Virus record (IMG/VR): IMGVR_UViG_3300037045_000289
Coordinates: 1-28,879 of that record
DNA: 28,879 bases
Source of the DNA: a virus
Taxonomy: Duplodnaviria; Caudoviricetes
Direction: 5' to 3' (one strand)
Each line of letters begins with the position of its first letter. Positions within the stretch are counted from its first letter, which is position 1. Shown here piece by piece: positions 9,936 to 17,875 of the stretch. The notes under the pieces were generated by a model, which saw only the letters and a program-made list of their open reading frames with translations, made no database searches and had not been told where the DNA came from. The position numbers and the translations under genes were made by a program.

Positions 9936-12155
9936 GTGGGTAACCCCGTCCTGCGCGCCATCGAGCGCGCCTACGAGTTGCTCGACCGCCGCGGGACCGC
10001 GCCGGTGTGCAAGACCATCTGGGGCTCGCCGGCCGGCAAGAAGCGTATCGCCGACCGGCTGGTCGCGATGCTCCCCGCGCACAAGACGTACGTAGAGCCG
10101 TTCGCTGGCAGCGCAGCAGTGCTCTTCGCCAAGGAGAGCAGCGAGGTCGAAGCGATCAACGATGCCGACACCGAGATCGCGCGCGCGTACAAGCTCATCC
10201 AGAAGCTCAAGCCGAAGGACATTGCACGCCTTCGCGAGAAACAGTGGGTGGGTGACGAGGCGACGTTCAAGAGCCTCATCGACCAAAACCCTCGCGATGA
10301 CGTCGGCTGGCTGCATCGCTTCCTGTACCTGACGCACTTCTCGTACGGGAAGATGCGCGGCAAGAGCTTCTCGCCCTCGGTGAGCGGCGTCGAGGCGAAG
10401 ACCGTCGACCGGATCGAGCAGTTCGCTCCTCGGCTACGTGGCGTGAAGATCTACGGCGGTGACTACCGACCCATCGTCGAGAAGTACGACGGCAAGGACA
10501 CCGTCCACTTCCTCGACCCTCCCTACGCCGGCTACAACGTCGACGTCGGCGAGGACGCCTTCGACGAAGCCGCGTTCTGCGCTCTGCTGTGCAAGCTCGA
10601 CGGCAAGTTCCTTGTCACTTACGGGATTCGCGGCGAGCTGCCGCGGCTCGTGAAGGAAGCCGGATTCGAGATTCGCAGGATTCGCACGCGCCGGAGCATC
10701 GGTTCCATGCGCGGAGTCGGCGGCCCTTCGATTCTCACCCAACTCCTCATCTCGAACTACGCCATTGCTCGCAAGAGCCTGGATGGGCTGCAGGACGACG
10801 GTTGGGAGGTTGAGGAGCCCGAGCGAACCACGACGGTGTCGGTGCCCGGCTATTCCGACATCGGAATAGCTGACGGATCGGCATTGGAATCAGGCCAAAC
10901 CGGTGATGAAGCCTCCACCAGCGAGCTGGAGAAGGCCCAGCCATTCGGCACCTTCGGCGGGTCCTTTCACTACGCCAAGCGCCTCTTACCGCGCATCCCC
11001 GAGCACAAGGTGTATGTGGAGCCCTTCGCTGGCGCTGCCGCCCTGCTGCACGCCAAGGAGCCCTCCGAGAAGGAAGTGCTCGCCGACCTCGATCCCGACG
11101 TGGTGTTCCTGCACCGCGCCATCAAGGCGATCACGCCCGAGCAGGTCGAAGAGCTTTCGAGCAGGTTCCCGTGGGAGGTCACCGAGGAGACCTTCGCCAA
11201 GGCCCGCGACCTCGAGCCCAAGGACGACCTCGCGCGGTTCTACAAGCTGGTCTTTGTGCGCACGCATGCACGGGACTGCCGGCCCGATGGGACCCATCCA
11301 GCGCGCCAGCACCTGGGCTCCACCACGAATCCCGAGAAGTACCTGAAAGCCGCCGAGCGTCTGCGCGACGTGACCATCCTTCGCCAGGACTACCGCAAGA
11401 CGATCGAGAAGCTCGACGGCCCCGATACATTCTTCTTCATCGACCCGCCGTACCCGGGCGAGTGGTTCGACAAGGACGCGGTCATCGACCTCGACGAGTT
11501 CACCGGCGTGCTGAAGGGGATTCGCGGGAAGTTCATTGCCGTACTCAACAACAGCCCAGAGAACGTCGCCGCGTTCAAGAAGGTCGGGCACATCTTCAAG
11601 CTCAAGGTCCGCGAGGCCTCCGGCCGCGGGGGTGCGAAGCAGGCCATGCGCCTGTTCTGCGCCAACTACCCCGTCCGCAAGAGCGTGGAGTTCGAGCTCG
11701 TGGCGAAGTGCGAAGGCGAGCCTTTCACCCGGACGTGCGGCCTGTTGAAGGGAACGGACCCGGGCGATGAGCGCTTCGTGCTCGGGATCGTGCTCGAGCC
11801 CGAGGTCGTCGACGCTCAGGGCGACATCTACTCCGCCGACGAGATCCGCCAGGCCGCGCACCGGTTCATGGAGGAGTTCGGCGGTCTCGGGCTGATGCAC
11901 CGAATGCGCGTCAATGATCAGGTGAAGATTCTCGAGAGCTACCTCGCACCGGTCGACTTCGACCTTGCGGGCGTGACGGTGCGGAAAGGGACCTGGCTTC
12001 TCGGCGTGCACGTCATCTCCGACGAACTCTGGGGCCAGGTGAAGGAAGGCACGCTGACGGGGTTCAGCATTGGGGGGACGGCGAGAAAAGTCCCCGAACC
12101 AGCTGTCCCCGACTCGGGAGCCACTGACTCTGCAGCTCAGGAGGTTCCCGCTTGA
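9936..12155 (+). CDS. Fusion: two Dam/D12-class N6-adenine DNA methyltransferase domains + XkdF-like prohead serine protease
   Basis: EPFAG at aa 54 and 362, DPPY at aa 194 and 503; C-terminal VLGIVLEPEVVDAQGD...AAHRFM...LMH...KGTW...GFSIGG matches the XkdF-like peptidase pattern. Confidence 0.9.
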   Translation: MGNPVLRAIERAYELLDRRGTAPVCKTIWGSPAGKKRIADRLVAMLPAHKTYVEPFAGSAAVLFAKESSEVEAINDADTEIARAYKLIQKLKPKDIARLREKQWVGDEATFKSLIDQNPRDDVGWLHRFLYLTHFSYGKMRGKSFSPSVSGVEAKTVDRIEQFAPRLRGVKIYGGDYRPIVEKYDGKDTVHFLDPPYAGYNVDVGEDAFDEAAFCALLCKLDGKFLVTYGIRGELPRLVKEAGFEIRRIRTRRSIGSMRGVGGPSILTQLLISNYAIARKSLDGLQDDGWEVEEPERTTTVSVPGYSDIGIADGSALESGQTGDEASTSELEKAQPFGTFGGSFHYAKRLLPRIPEHKVYVEPFAGAAALLHAKEPSEKEVLADLDPDVVFLHRAIKAITPEQVEELSSRFPWEVTEETFAKARDLEPKDDLARFYKLVFVRTHARDCRPDGTHPARQHLGSTTNPEKYLKAAERLRDVTILRQDYRKTIEKLDGPDTFFFIDPPYPGEWFDKDAVIDLDEFTGVLKGIRGKFIAVLNNSPENVAAFKKVGHIFKLKVREASGRGGAKQAMRLFCANYPVRKSVEFELVAKCEGEPFTRTCGLLKGTDPGDERFVLGIVLEPEVVDAQGDIYSADEIRQAAHRFMEEFGGLGLMHRMRVNDQVKILESYLAPVDFDLAGVTVRKGTWLLGVHVISDELWGQVKEGTLTGFSIGGTARKVPEPAVPDSGATDSAAQEVPA
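12105..12132 (+). promoter_or_regulatory. Putative phage late promoter, copy 4 (GTCCC-N18-CTCTG)
   Basis: GTCCC 12105-12109, CTCTG 12128-12132, directly ahead of RBS AGGAGG 12139-12144 and the scaffold/capsid genes. Confidence 0.65.
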
Positions 12156-12964
12156 GCGCACCCGAAGACCCCAATGCTGGCGTTCACCGGCTCATCGACA
12201 TGGTCGTCGAGGAGGTGTCACTGGTCGACCGCGCGGCGAACAAGCACCGATTTCTCGTCGTGAAGAGGGATGAATCCATGGCTGACAAGACCAAGAAGAG
12301 CAGCGCAAAGCCCCCGCCGGCTCCCGGTGCGCCGGAGAGTGAGGGCGCACTGCAGGTGAGCAAGGCGATCGGCGACGCGATCGGCATCGCGACCACCGCG
12401 CTCGAGGCGCTGACCAACGCGATCGAGCAACTCGGTCAGATCGTTGGCGACGCCGACACGACCCCGATTGTCGCCGAGCTCGCGGAAGAGCTCTCTTCGG
12501 TTGCAGGCCAGCTCGCGGCGGCAGCAGGCGTCGAACCTTCAGCCGCGGAGGCGTCCGGTGACGTGAGCACCGGGGTCGAGGGCGTCCGCTCGATGCTCGC
12601 GCAGGTGGCGGAGCTGCTCGCCTCGTCTGCGACGAAGAGCGACGCCGTGCCCGCACTGGCTCCGCAGCCCGCGACTCCCACCGACCAGGACTCCACTCCC
12701 GCGCAGCCGGCGAGTGAACCCGACGAGGTGAGCAAGCACCTCGCGTCGGTGGCGACCTCGCTTCGAACACTCACCGACGCGATGAAGGATACGTCGCAAC
12801 GTCTCGGGCGCCTGGAGAAGGGAGTCGGACTCCCCAATAGCCGCCAGGCTCCGGAGCGCCCCACCGGGCGACCCGGCACCGAGGAAGTGAGCTGGCCCCT
12901 CGATCTCAACCGCCCGATGGACCGGGAGAGCGTCGACAAGACGACCTCCTTCCACGACCGCTGA
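12152..12964 (+). CDS. Scaffold-like head protein with N-terminal prohead-protease fragment ([10 protein letters not shown])
   Basis: TTG start overlapping the upstream TGA with RBS AGGAGG; Ala/Glu/Pro-rich helical body; located between protease and capsid; possible internal ATG 12278. Confidence 0.7.
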   Translation: MSAPEDPNAGVHRLIDMVVEEVSLVDRAANKHRFLVVKRDESMADKTKKSSAKPPPAPGAPESEGALQVSKAIGDAIGIATTALEALTNAIEQLGQIVGDADTTPIVAELAEELSSVAGQLAAAAGVEPSAAEASGDVSTGVEGVRSMLAQVAELLASSATKSDAVPALAPQPATPTDQDSTPAQPASEPDEVSKHLASVATSLRTLTDAMKDTSQRLGRLEKGVGLPNSRQAPERPTGRPGTEEVSWPLDLNRPMDRESVDKTTSFHDR

Positions 12965-12977
12965 GGAAGGAAGACCC

Positions 12978-13916
12978 ATGAGCTACACGTCGAATCGGAC
13001 GCTGCTCGAGAAGGCGGACCTCGCTATCGCCGACCTCACCGCTGGGGGCGGCATCCTGCTGCCCGCGCAGGCGCAGAAGTTCATGCGGCTGCTCGTCAAG
13101 CAGTCGGTGCTGATGCAGGCGGCGACCGTCGTCCCGATGCCCGCGCCCAAGTACCAGGTGTCGAAGATCAGGTTCGGCAGCCGAATCCTGCGTCCGGGGC
13201 ACGAGGGAGTCGCGCTGACCCCCGCCGAGCGCAGCCGGCCGGACCTGTCGTTCCTCGAGCTCGATGCCCAGCTGGTCAAGGCCGAGGTGCACCTGTCGGA
13301 CGAGGTGCTCGAGGACAACATCGAGCGCGGTGAGCTCCGCCAGACCATCCTTGAGATGATCGCGGAGGCCGCGGGCCGGGACATGGAGGAGATCGTCATC
13401 AACGGCGACAAGACCTCTGCCGACCCGTTCCTCGCGGTTCTCGACGGCGTGCTCAAGCAGTCGACCTCCCACGTGGTCGATGTCGCGGGTGGCCCGCTGA
13501 CCAAGAACATCCTGCGCGACCTGCTCAAGTCGCTGCCGACCGAGTATCTGCGCGACAAGAAGTCGATGTCGTACCTGACCAGCGTGGATGCGGACCTGGA
13601 GTACCGCAATTCGCTGGCGGAGCGAGCGACCGTGGGCGGCGACAAGTTCCTCGAGGACGACACTCCGGTCCTGTACTCGGGCGTGCCAGTCACGCCGATT
13701 CCGCTCTTCCCGGACAACCTTGGGCCGGGAAACAACCAGACCGTTGCGCTGCTGTGCAACCCCAAGAACGTCCACGTCGGCATCTGGCGCCAGATCCGCC
13801 TCGAGTCGTTCCGTGACGTGTCCGCCGGCGTGCTGCGCATCGTCGCCACGCTCCGCTTCGACGTGAAGTTCGCCGACGAGAACGGCACCGCCAAGGCGAT
13901 CAACATCCAGCTGTGA
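12978..13916 (+). CDS. Major capsid protein (HK97 fold, PBSX XkdG-like)
   Basis: [39 protein letters not shown] motifs; 312 aa; position. Confidence 0.92.
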   Translation: MSYTSNRTLLEKADLAIADLTAGGGILLPAQAQKFMRLLVKQSVLMQAATVVPMPAPKYQVSKIRFGSRILRPGHEGVALTPAERSRPDLSFLELDAQLVKAEVHLSDEVLEDNIERGELRQTILEMIAEAAGRDMEEIVINGDKTSADPFLAVLDGVLKQSTSHVVDVAGGPLTKNILRDLLKSLPTEYLRDKKSMSYLTSVDADLEYRNSLAERATVGGDKFLEDDTPVLYSGVPVTPIPLFPDNLGPGNNQTVALLCNPKNVHVGIWRQIRLESFRDVSAGVLRIVATLRFDVKFADENGTAKAINIQL

Positions 13917-13925
13917 GGCAGTCGC

Positions 13926-14303
13926 ATGGATACGATGCTTGTTCGACTGAAGCCCTACGACCCGCGAAGGGGTCACGTGCTGCGACGCTTCACGTACTCG
14001 GGCGTGAAGATCCACGAAGAGCGCGGCTGGCACCGCGTGACCAAGGCGGTAGCCGACTACCTGCGGGGCGTGCACCAGGTCGCCAATGACGAGTACTCGC
14101 CCCTGGCCTTCGACGTGTGCACCGACGAGGAAGCCAAGGCGCTTGACGTGCGTGATGAGGTCGAGACCAAGGTGCGCCGCAGCGCGACCGACGACGTGCG
14201 ACTGTCCCCGTCGCGCAATGACGGCGTGCTGACCACTGCCCACCTCGGCGAGCCCGCGAAGACGAATGGCGCGGATCCCAAGGGGAGGAAGGACCGGGGC
14301 TGA
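13926..14303 (+). CDS. Hypothetical phage protein following the capsid gene
   Basis: RBS GAGG, backbone codon bias, tight packing; no recognised motif. Confidence 0.7.
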   Translation: MDTMLVRLKPYDPRRGHVLRRFTYSGVKIHEERGWHRVTKAVADYLRGVHQVANDEYSPLAFDVCTDEEAKALDVRDEVETKVRRSATDDVRLSPSRNDGVLTTAHLGEPAKTNGADPKGRKDRG

Positions 14304-14304
14304 C

Positions 14305-14943
14305 GTGTACGCGTCCCTGGCCGACATGCGCAGCGAAGGCGTGACGCCCGCCATGGCGAGCGACGAGCGGCTCACCGCTCTGCTTACCGAGGCATCTGCC
14401 TTTGTCGACCACGTGACGGGGTGGTTCTTCGAGCCCCGTCCGCTGGTCGTGCGCATGGATGGCAGGGGCACGCCGTCCGTGGAGCCCCCGTTCCCTCCCA
14501 TCCGCGTGGACGAGTTGCTCATCGGCGGCGTGGTGGCATCCCTTGCCGACGACGACATCACCATTCGCGGGGCCCCGGTTCTGCCCGGCTTCGATGCGCC
14601 GAGGTTCACGCTCCTGCGCGGTTGCACCTTCCCCAAGGGGAGCGACAACGTCGTGGCCTCAGGGGTGTGGGGCTACACCGAGCCGGACGGGACCGCTCTT
14701 GGAAGAACGCCGGTCGCGATTCGTCGCGCCGCGATGCTGCTCGTCATGCGTTGGCTCCCGCTGCTGGGCGATGCCGAGGCGGCCGCAGCAAAGTCGCAGT
14801 GGCGGATTCTCGAGGAGCGGACGCGCGACCAGAGCTATCGGCTCTCGCCCCTGTCCGGCGTCGCTGTGACGTTCACCAGCGACCCCGAGATTGATCTGCT
14901 TCTGGCGCGCTATCGAAAGCCCATCGGCCTCGGGGCGGTCTGA
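14305..14943 (+). CDS. Head-tail adaptor/connector protein
   Basis: GTG 14305 ([12 protein letters not shown]); [12 protein letters not shown]-x-WGY, P-x-AIRRAA motifs typical of gp6/gp15-like adaptors. Confidence 0.7.
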   Translation: MYASLADMRSEGVTPAMASDERLTALLTEASAFVDHVTGWFFEPRPLVVRMDGRGTPSVEPPFPPIRVDELLIGGVVASLADDDITIRGAPVLPGFDAPRFTLLRGCTFPKGSDNVVASGVWGYTEPDGTALGRTPVAIRRAAMLLVMRWLPLLGDAEAAAAKSQWRILEERTRDQSYRLSPLSGVAVTFTSDPEIDLLLARYRKPIGLGAV

Positions 14944-15485
14944 TGCGCGGCCGGCTCATTTTCAAGTTCCTGGCGGAGGTCCATCGATTGGACACCAGGA
15001 CGCTCGCCGTCGAAGACCCCGACGGCGCCGGTCCGCTCACGGGAGGCTACGACCCGGACTTCAAGGAACCGGTGCTCGTCGACACGAACGACGACGGCAT
15101 TGGCGAGCGCATCCGCAAGGAGCATGCGGCTGTGCGCATTCCCTGCCAGGTCGAGCCCGACGCATTCGAGGCGCTGCAGGAGTACGCCTCCGGGAACTCG
15201 CCGCGGTCCCGGGTTCGGTTGGTGTTCCACTTCGCTGACCTCGAGCGGCTCGGGCTCGTCGACGCCGCCTCCGGCGACGCGCTGATTCGCGTGGGAGACC
15301 GGCTTGGGGCGATTCACGACCTTGCGGGCTCCCTGGTGCAGGCCGTGCGCACGCCACCAGGGCTCTACGTCACCGAGGCCAAGCCGATGGGCTTCGGCCT
15401 CTTCATGCCGCGTCCGCGGCGCAACCTGCTGCTCGCGACCTTCGACGATCGCGAGACAGCGGCTCCAAGAGGGGTATCCGGATGA
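14943..15485 (+). CDS. Putative head-closure/neck protein
   Basis: TGATG coupling; beta-rich; positioned after the adaptor. Confidence 0.55.
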   Translation: MRGRLIFKFLAEVHRLDTRTLAVEDPDGAGPLTGGYDPDFKEPVLVDTNDDGIGERIRKEHAAVRIPCQVEPDAFEALQEYASGNSPRSRVRLVFHFADLERLGLVDAASGDALIRVGDRLGAIHDLAGSLVQAVRTPPGLYVTEAKPMGFGLFMPRPRRNLLLATFDDRETAAPRGVSG

Positions 15486-15745
15486 GCAAGCTGCTGCTGT
15501 TGATTCCTGTGTTCGCGCTTTGCGCCTGTGGCCCGGAGAAGAAGTGCCTGGTCAACGAGACCCGCTGTTCCGGCGAGGAGGTCCAGGTCTGCGAGAGCGA
15601 CGAGCGCTGGGCCACGTTCATGGACTGCAACGAGGTCTCCGCCTTCAGCGGTGGGCAGTGGACTTGCCTGCCCCTCGAGGACGGCTCCGGGCATACGTGC
15701 CTGCCGGTTCCGACCGACGCGTCGGTGGATGGAGGTGAGAAGTGA
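15482..15745 (+). CDS. Small Cys-rich lipoprotein
   Basis: MSK + hydrophobic stretch + lipobox-like LCAC/G; six further Cys; ATGA overlap. Confidence 0.7.
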   Translation: MSKLLLLIPVFALCACGPEKKCLVNETRCSGEEVQVCESDERWATFMDCNEVSAFSGGQWTCLPLEDGSGHTCLPVPTDASVDGGEK

Positions 15746-16341
15746 AGGACCCGACTCCCGAACAAGTAGAGAAGTACTGGCGATACATGCTGGCGGTCTT
15801 CAAGGCCTCCGTGGTCGACAAGCGCAACTCGTTCGAGATGAAGGCGCTTGCGATGCTGCTCGGCAAGGCAGGCATTCTCGACCCGGAGAAGTTCCTCGCG
15901 CACTACGCGACCACCATCGGGCGGCGAATCTATGTGCCATTCGACATCGGTGTCCCTACGGCGGAGTGGAGCCTGTGGGGCCAGATCATGGTCTGCGCCC
16001 ACGAGTGCCAGCACATCCACCAGCTCGACTGGCTCGGACCGCTCCGGTTCGCGTGGAAGTACCTGGGCTCGTCGAGCGGGCGGGCGCACCTCGAGGCCGA
16101 GGCATATCGCTGCCAGCTCGAGCTGCAGTACTGGCGGACTGGGGAGCTCATCCCCGCCGAGAAGCTGGTCGCTCCACTGAAGGCCTACAACGTGAGTGAG
16201 GCCGACATCCAGGTGGCGGCAACGACCGTGCGGATGGCGTCGGAAGCGGTGAAGAGGGGGGCCATCACGAATCACGCGAGCCACGCCGCGATCGAGTACC
16301 TCGACGCCTACGCCCACGACCTCCGCCACCCCACGAACTGA
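15742..16341 (+). CDS. Zincin-like metallopeptidase (HExxH...E; DUF4157-like)
   Basis: AHECQHIHQ followed by LEAEAY; GTGA overlap, RBS GGAGG. Confidence 0.7.
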   Translation: MKDPTPEQVEKYWRYMLAVFKASVVDKRNSFEMKALAMLLGKAGILDPEKFLAHYATTIGRRIYVPFDIGVPTAEWSLWGQIMVCAHECQHIHQLDWLGPLRFAWKYLGSSSGRAHLEAEAYRCQLELQYWRTGELIPAEKLVAPLKAYNVSEADIQVAATTVRMASEAVKRGAITNHASHAAIEYLDAYAHDLRHPTN

Positions 16342-16344
16342 CCG

Positions 16345-16938
16345 ATGGCCGTGCTGCGTACCGGAGACTGGGCGCTCGCCAGGCGAATCCTCGCCGGGGG
16401 AGGCGCCCGCCTCAAGGGCGCGGTCTCCATGGCGCTCAAGCAGGAGGCGCAGGGCCTCCGCAAGGAGATTGTCCAGGGGATCACGAACCAGGCTCCTGGC
16501 GGCCAGGCGTTCTCGCCACTTGCCCCCACGACCATCGCAGCGCGGCAGCTCAAGGGCTTCGGGGGGAGCAAAGCACTCATCCGGAAAGGCGACCTACGAA
16601 ACTCCATCACAGTCGTTGGTGATGCGGACGAGGTGTTCGTCGGCGTGCTCCGAAAGGCCCGAGGCAAGGGAGGCTCGTCGCTCGCGAACGTGGCCGAGAT
16701 CCACGAGTTCGGCGCCGGGCCCTTCGTCGTGCCCATGACCCCCAAGATGCGGCGATTCCTGTTCGCGCTGCTCAAGAAGGCGGGCGTCGAGCCCTCCAAT
16801 TCCGGCGGCGGCAAGGGTGTCGTCGTGATCCAGATTCCTCCTCGCCCGTTCCTGCGGCCGGCCTTCGAAGCGTTCAAGAAGGGCGTGCAGAAGCGATTCC
16901 TCCAGCGCATCGCCCGAGCGATCGGGCTGCGGGTGTAG
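16345..16938 (+). CDS. Virion morphogenesis / tail completion protein (Mu gpG / P2 gpS-like)
   Basis: [22 protein letters not shown]-x-IHEFGA, IPPRPFL motifs. Confidence 0.85.
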   Translation: MAVLRTGDWALARRILAGGGARLKGAVSMALKQEAQGLRKEIVQGITNQAPGGQAFSPLAPTTIAARQLKGFGGSKALIRKGDLRNSITVVGDADEVFVGVLRKARGKGGSSLANVAEIHEFGAGPFVVPMTPKMRRFLFALLKKAGVEPSNSGGGKGVVVIQIPPRPFLRPAFEAFKKGVQKRFLQRIARAIGLRV

Positions 16939-16941
16939 GCC

Positions 16942-17847
16942 GTGGCGATTCCCACGCTTCTCCCCCCCGAGCCGGCGTCCGGCCCCACCAGTGGCGGCGA
17001 CCTGGTCACCCTGCGGGGGACAGGATTCGGCATCAAGGTGGCAGTCCGATTCGGCGCTGCCGACGCCGTGGTGGAATCCGTTCGTCAGGACGGCGCGCAA
17101 TCGATCGCGGTCGTCAGAACCCCACCGCACGCCGAGGCGCTGGTCGATATCGCCCTGCAGAATCTCGATGCTGCTGGGCACCTCGTCCCCGGCGAGCTCG
17201 CGCTCCTGTCCGCCGCCTACCGGTTCCTGCGGCCGCGCATCGTGCGCGAGGCAGACCTCACGCGGCTCATTCGCGCCTTGCTGCGCGAGTTGAAGCGCCA
17301 GGTCATCGAGAACGTTTCCCTGTCGGTCGCGGTCGACTTCGATGACACACCACTGGACGGCCTGGATGTCATCGCGATCTCCAAGCTCCCCTCGCTTGTC
17401 CTCTCCGGTCCTCGCCTGCGCGAGAATCGAGCGCTCTCGACGAACGAGCTGCTCGAGGAAGCCGTCGTCGGCCCCTCGGGCCCCGAGCTCCGACGGCGCC
17501 GGCCGCCCCTCACGGTCGACCTGGAGTTTGGCATCACGGGAGCCTCTGACAGAGCCGTCGAGCTGCTCAACCTCATCGGTGCCACCTCGACCTTCCTGAA
17601 CACCAACCGGTGGCTCACGATGCTGCGTGACCCCGATGAGCCCGCGCGGGGCTCTGTACGCTGGGAGATGGATCCCCTCGGCGAGCTGCACGTGAACCTC
17701 GAAGGCAAGGACGAGGTCCGCGCGTTCACGTGGGGCCTCGTCGTCCGCGGCTTCGACATCGACGAGGGCCAGCTCCTCGACCTGGGCAAGGCCGTGTCCG
17801 ACGCCGGCGCGGAGGTGAACGTCGGCGCGCACGGAGCCGCGCCGTGA
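16942..17847 (+). CDS. IPT/TIG-domain protein, probable tail terminator
   Basis: N-terminal PASGPTSGGDLVTLRGTGF...VRFG...VRTPPH IPT/TIG signature; C-terminal half lies immediately before the sheath gene. Confidence 0.7.
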   Translation: MAIPTLLPPEPASGPTSGGDLVTLRGTGFGIKVAVRFGAADAVVESVRQDGAQSIAVVRTPPHAEALVDIALQNLDAAGHLVPGELALLSAAYRFLRPRIVREADLTRLIRALLRELKRQVIENVSLSVAVDFDDTPLDGLDVIAISKLPSLVLSGPRLRENRALSTNELLEEAVVGPSGPELRRRRPPLTVDLEFGITGASDRAVELLNLIGATSTFLNTNRWLTMLRDPDEPARGSVRWEMDPLGELHVNLEGKDEVRAFTWGLVVRGFDIDEGQLLDLGKAVSDAGAEVNVGAHGAAP

Positions 17848-17875
17848 AGACTCGAGTCCGACTGCGAGGTAATCG

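Noticed and set aside
9936-11681. GATC specificity or a classical restriction-modification pair for the MTases
   Set aside because: The family is Dam-like but the target cannot be read from sequence, and no cognate restriction endonuclease is adjacent.
12125-12155. -1 frameshift fusing protease to scaffold
   Set aside because: The -1 frame is open only from 12128, no slippery heptamer is present, and the scaffold has its own RBS and start.
14204-14231. Seventh copy of the late-promoter motif (GTCCC-N18-TGCTG); lone GTCCC also at 1666 and 9012
   Set aside because: The second box mismatches or is absent; not counted.
12906-14648. 580-aa - strand ORF and other long antisense/alternative-frame ORFs (e.g. 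16594-18087, 22895-24346, 23381-24934, 26979-28250)
   Set aside because: Shadow ORFs of high-GC3 genes; they overlap well-supported phage genes and have no motifs or RBS.
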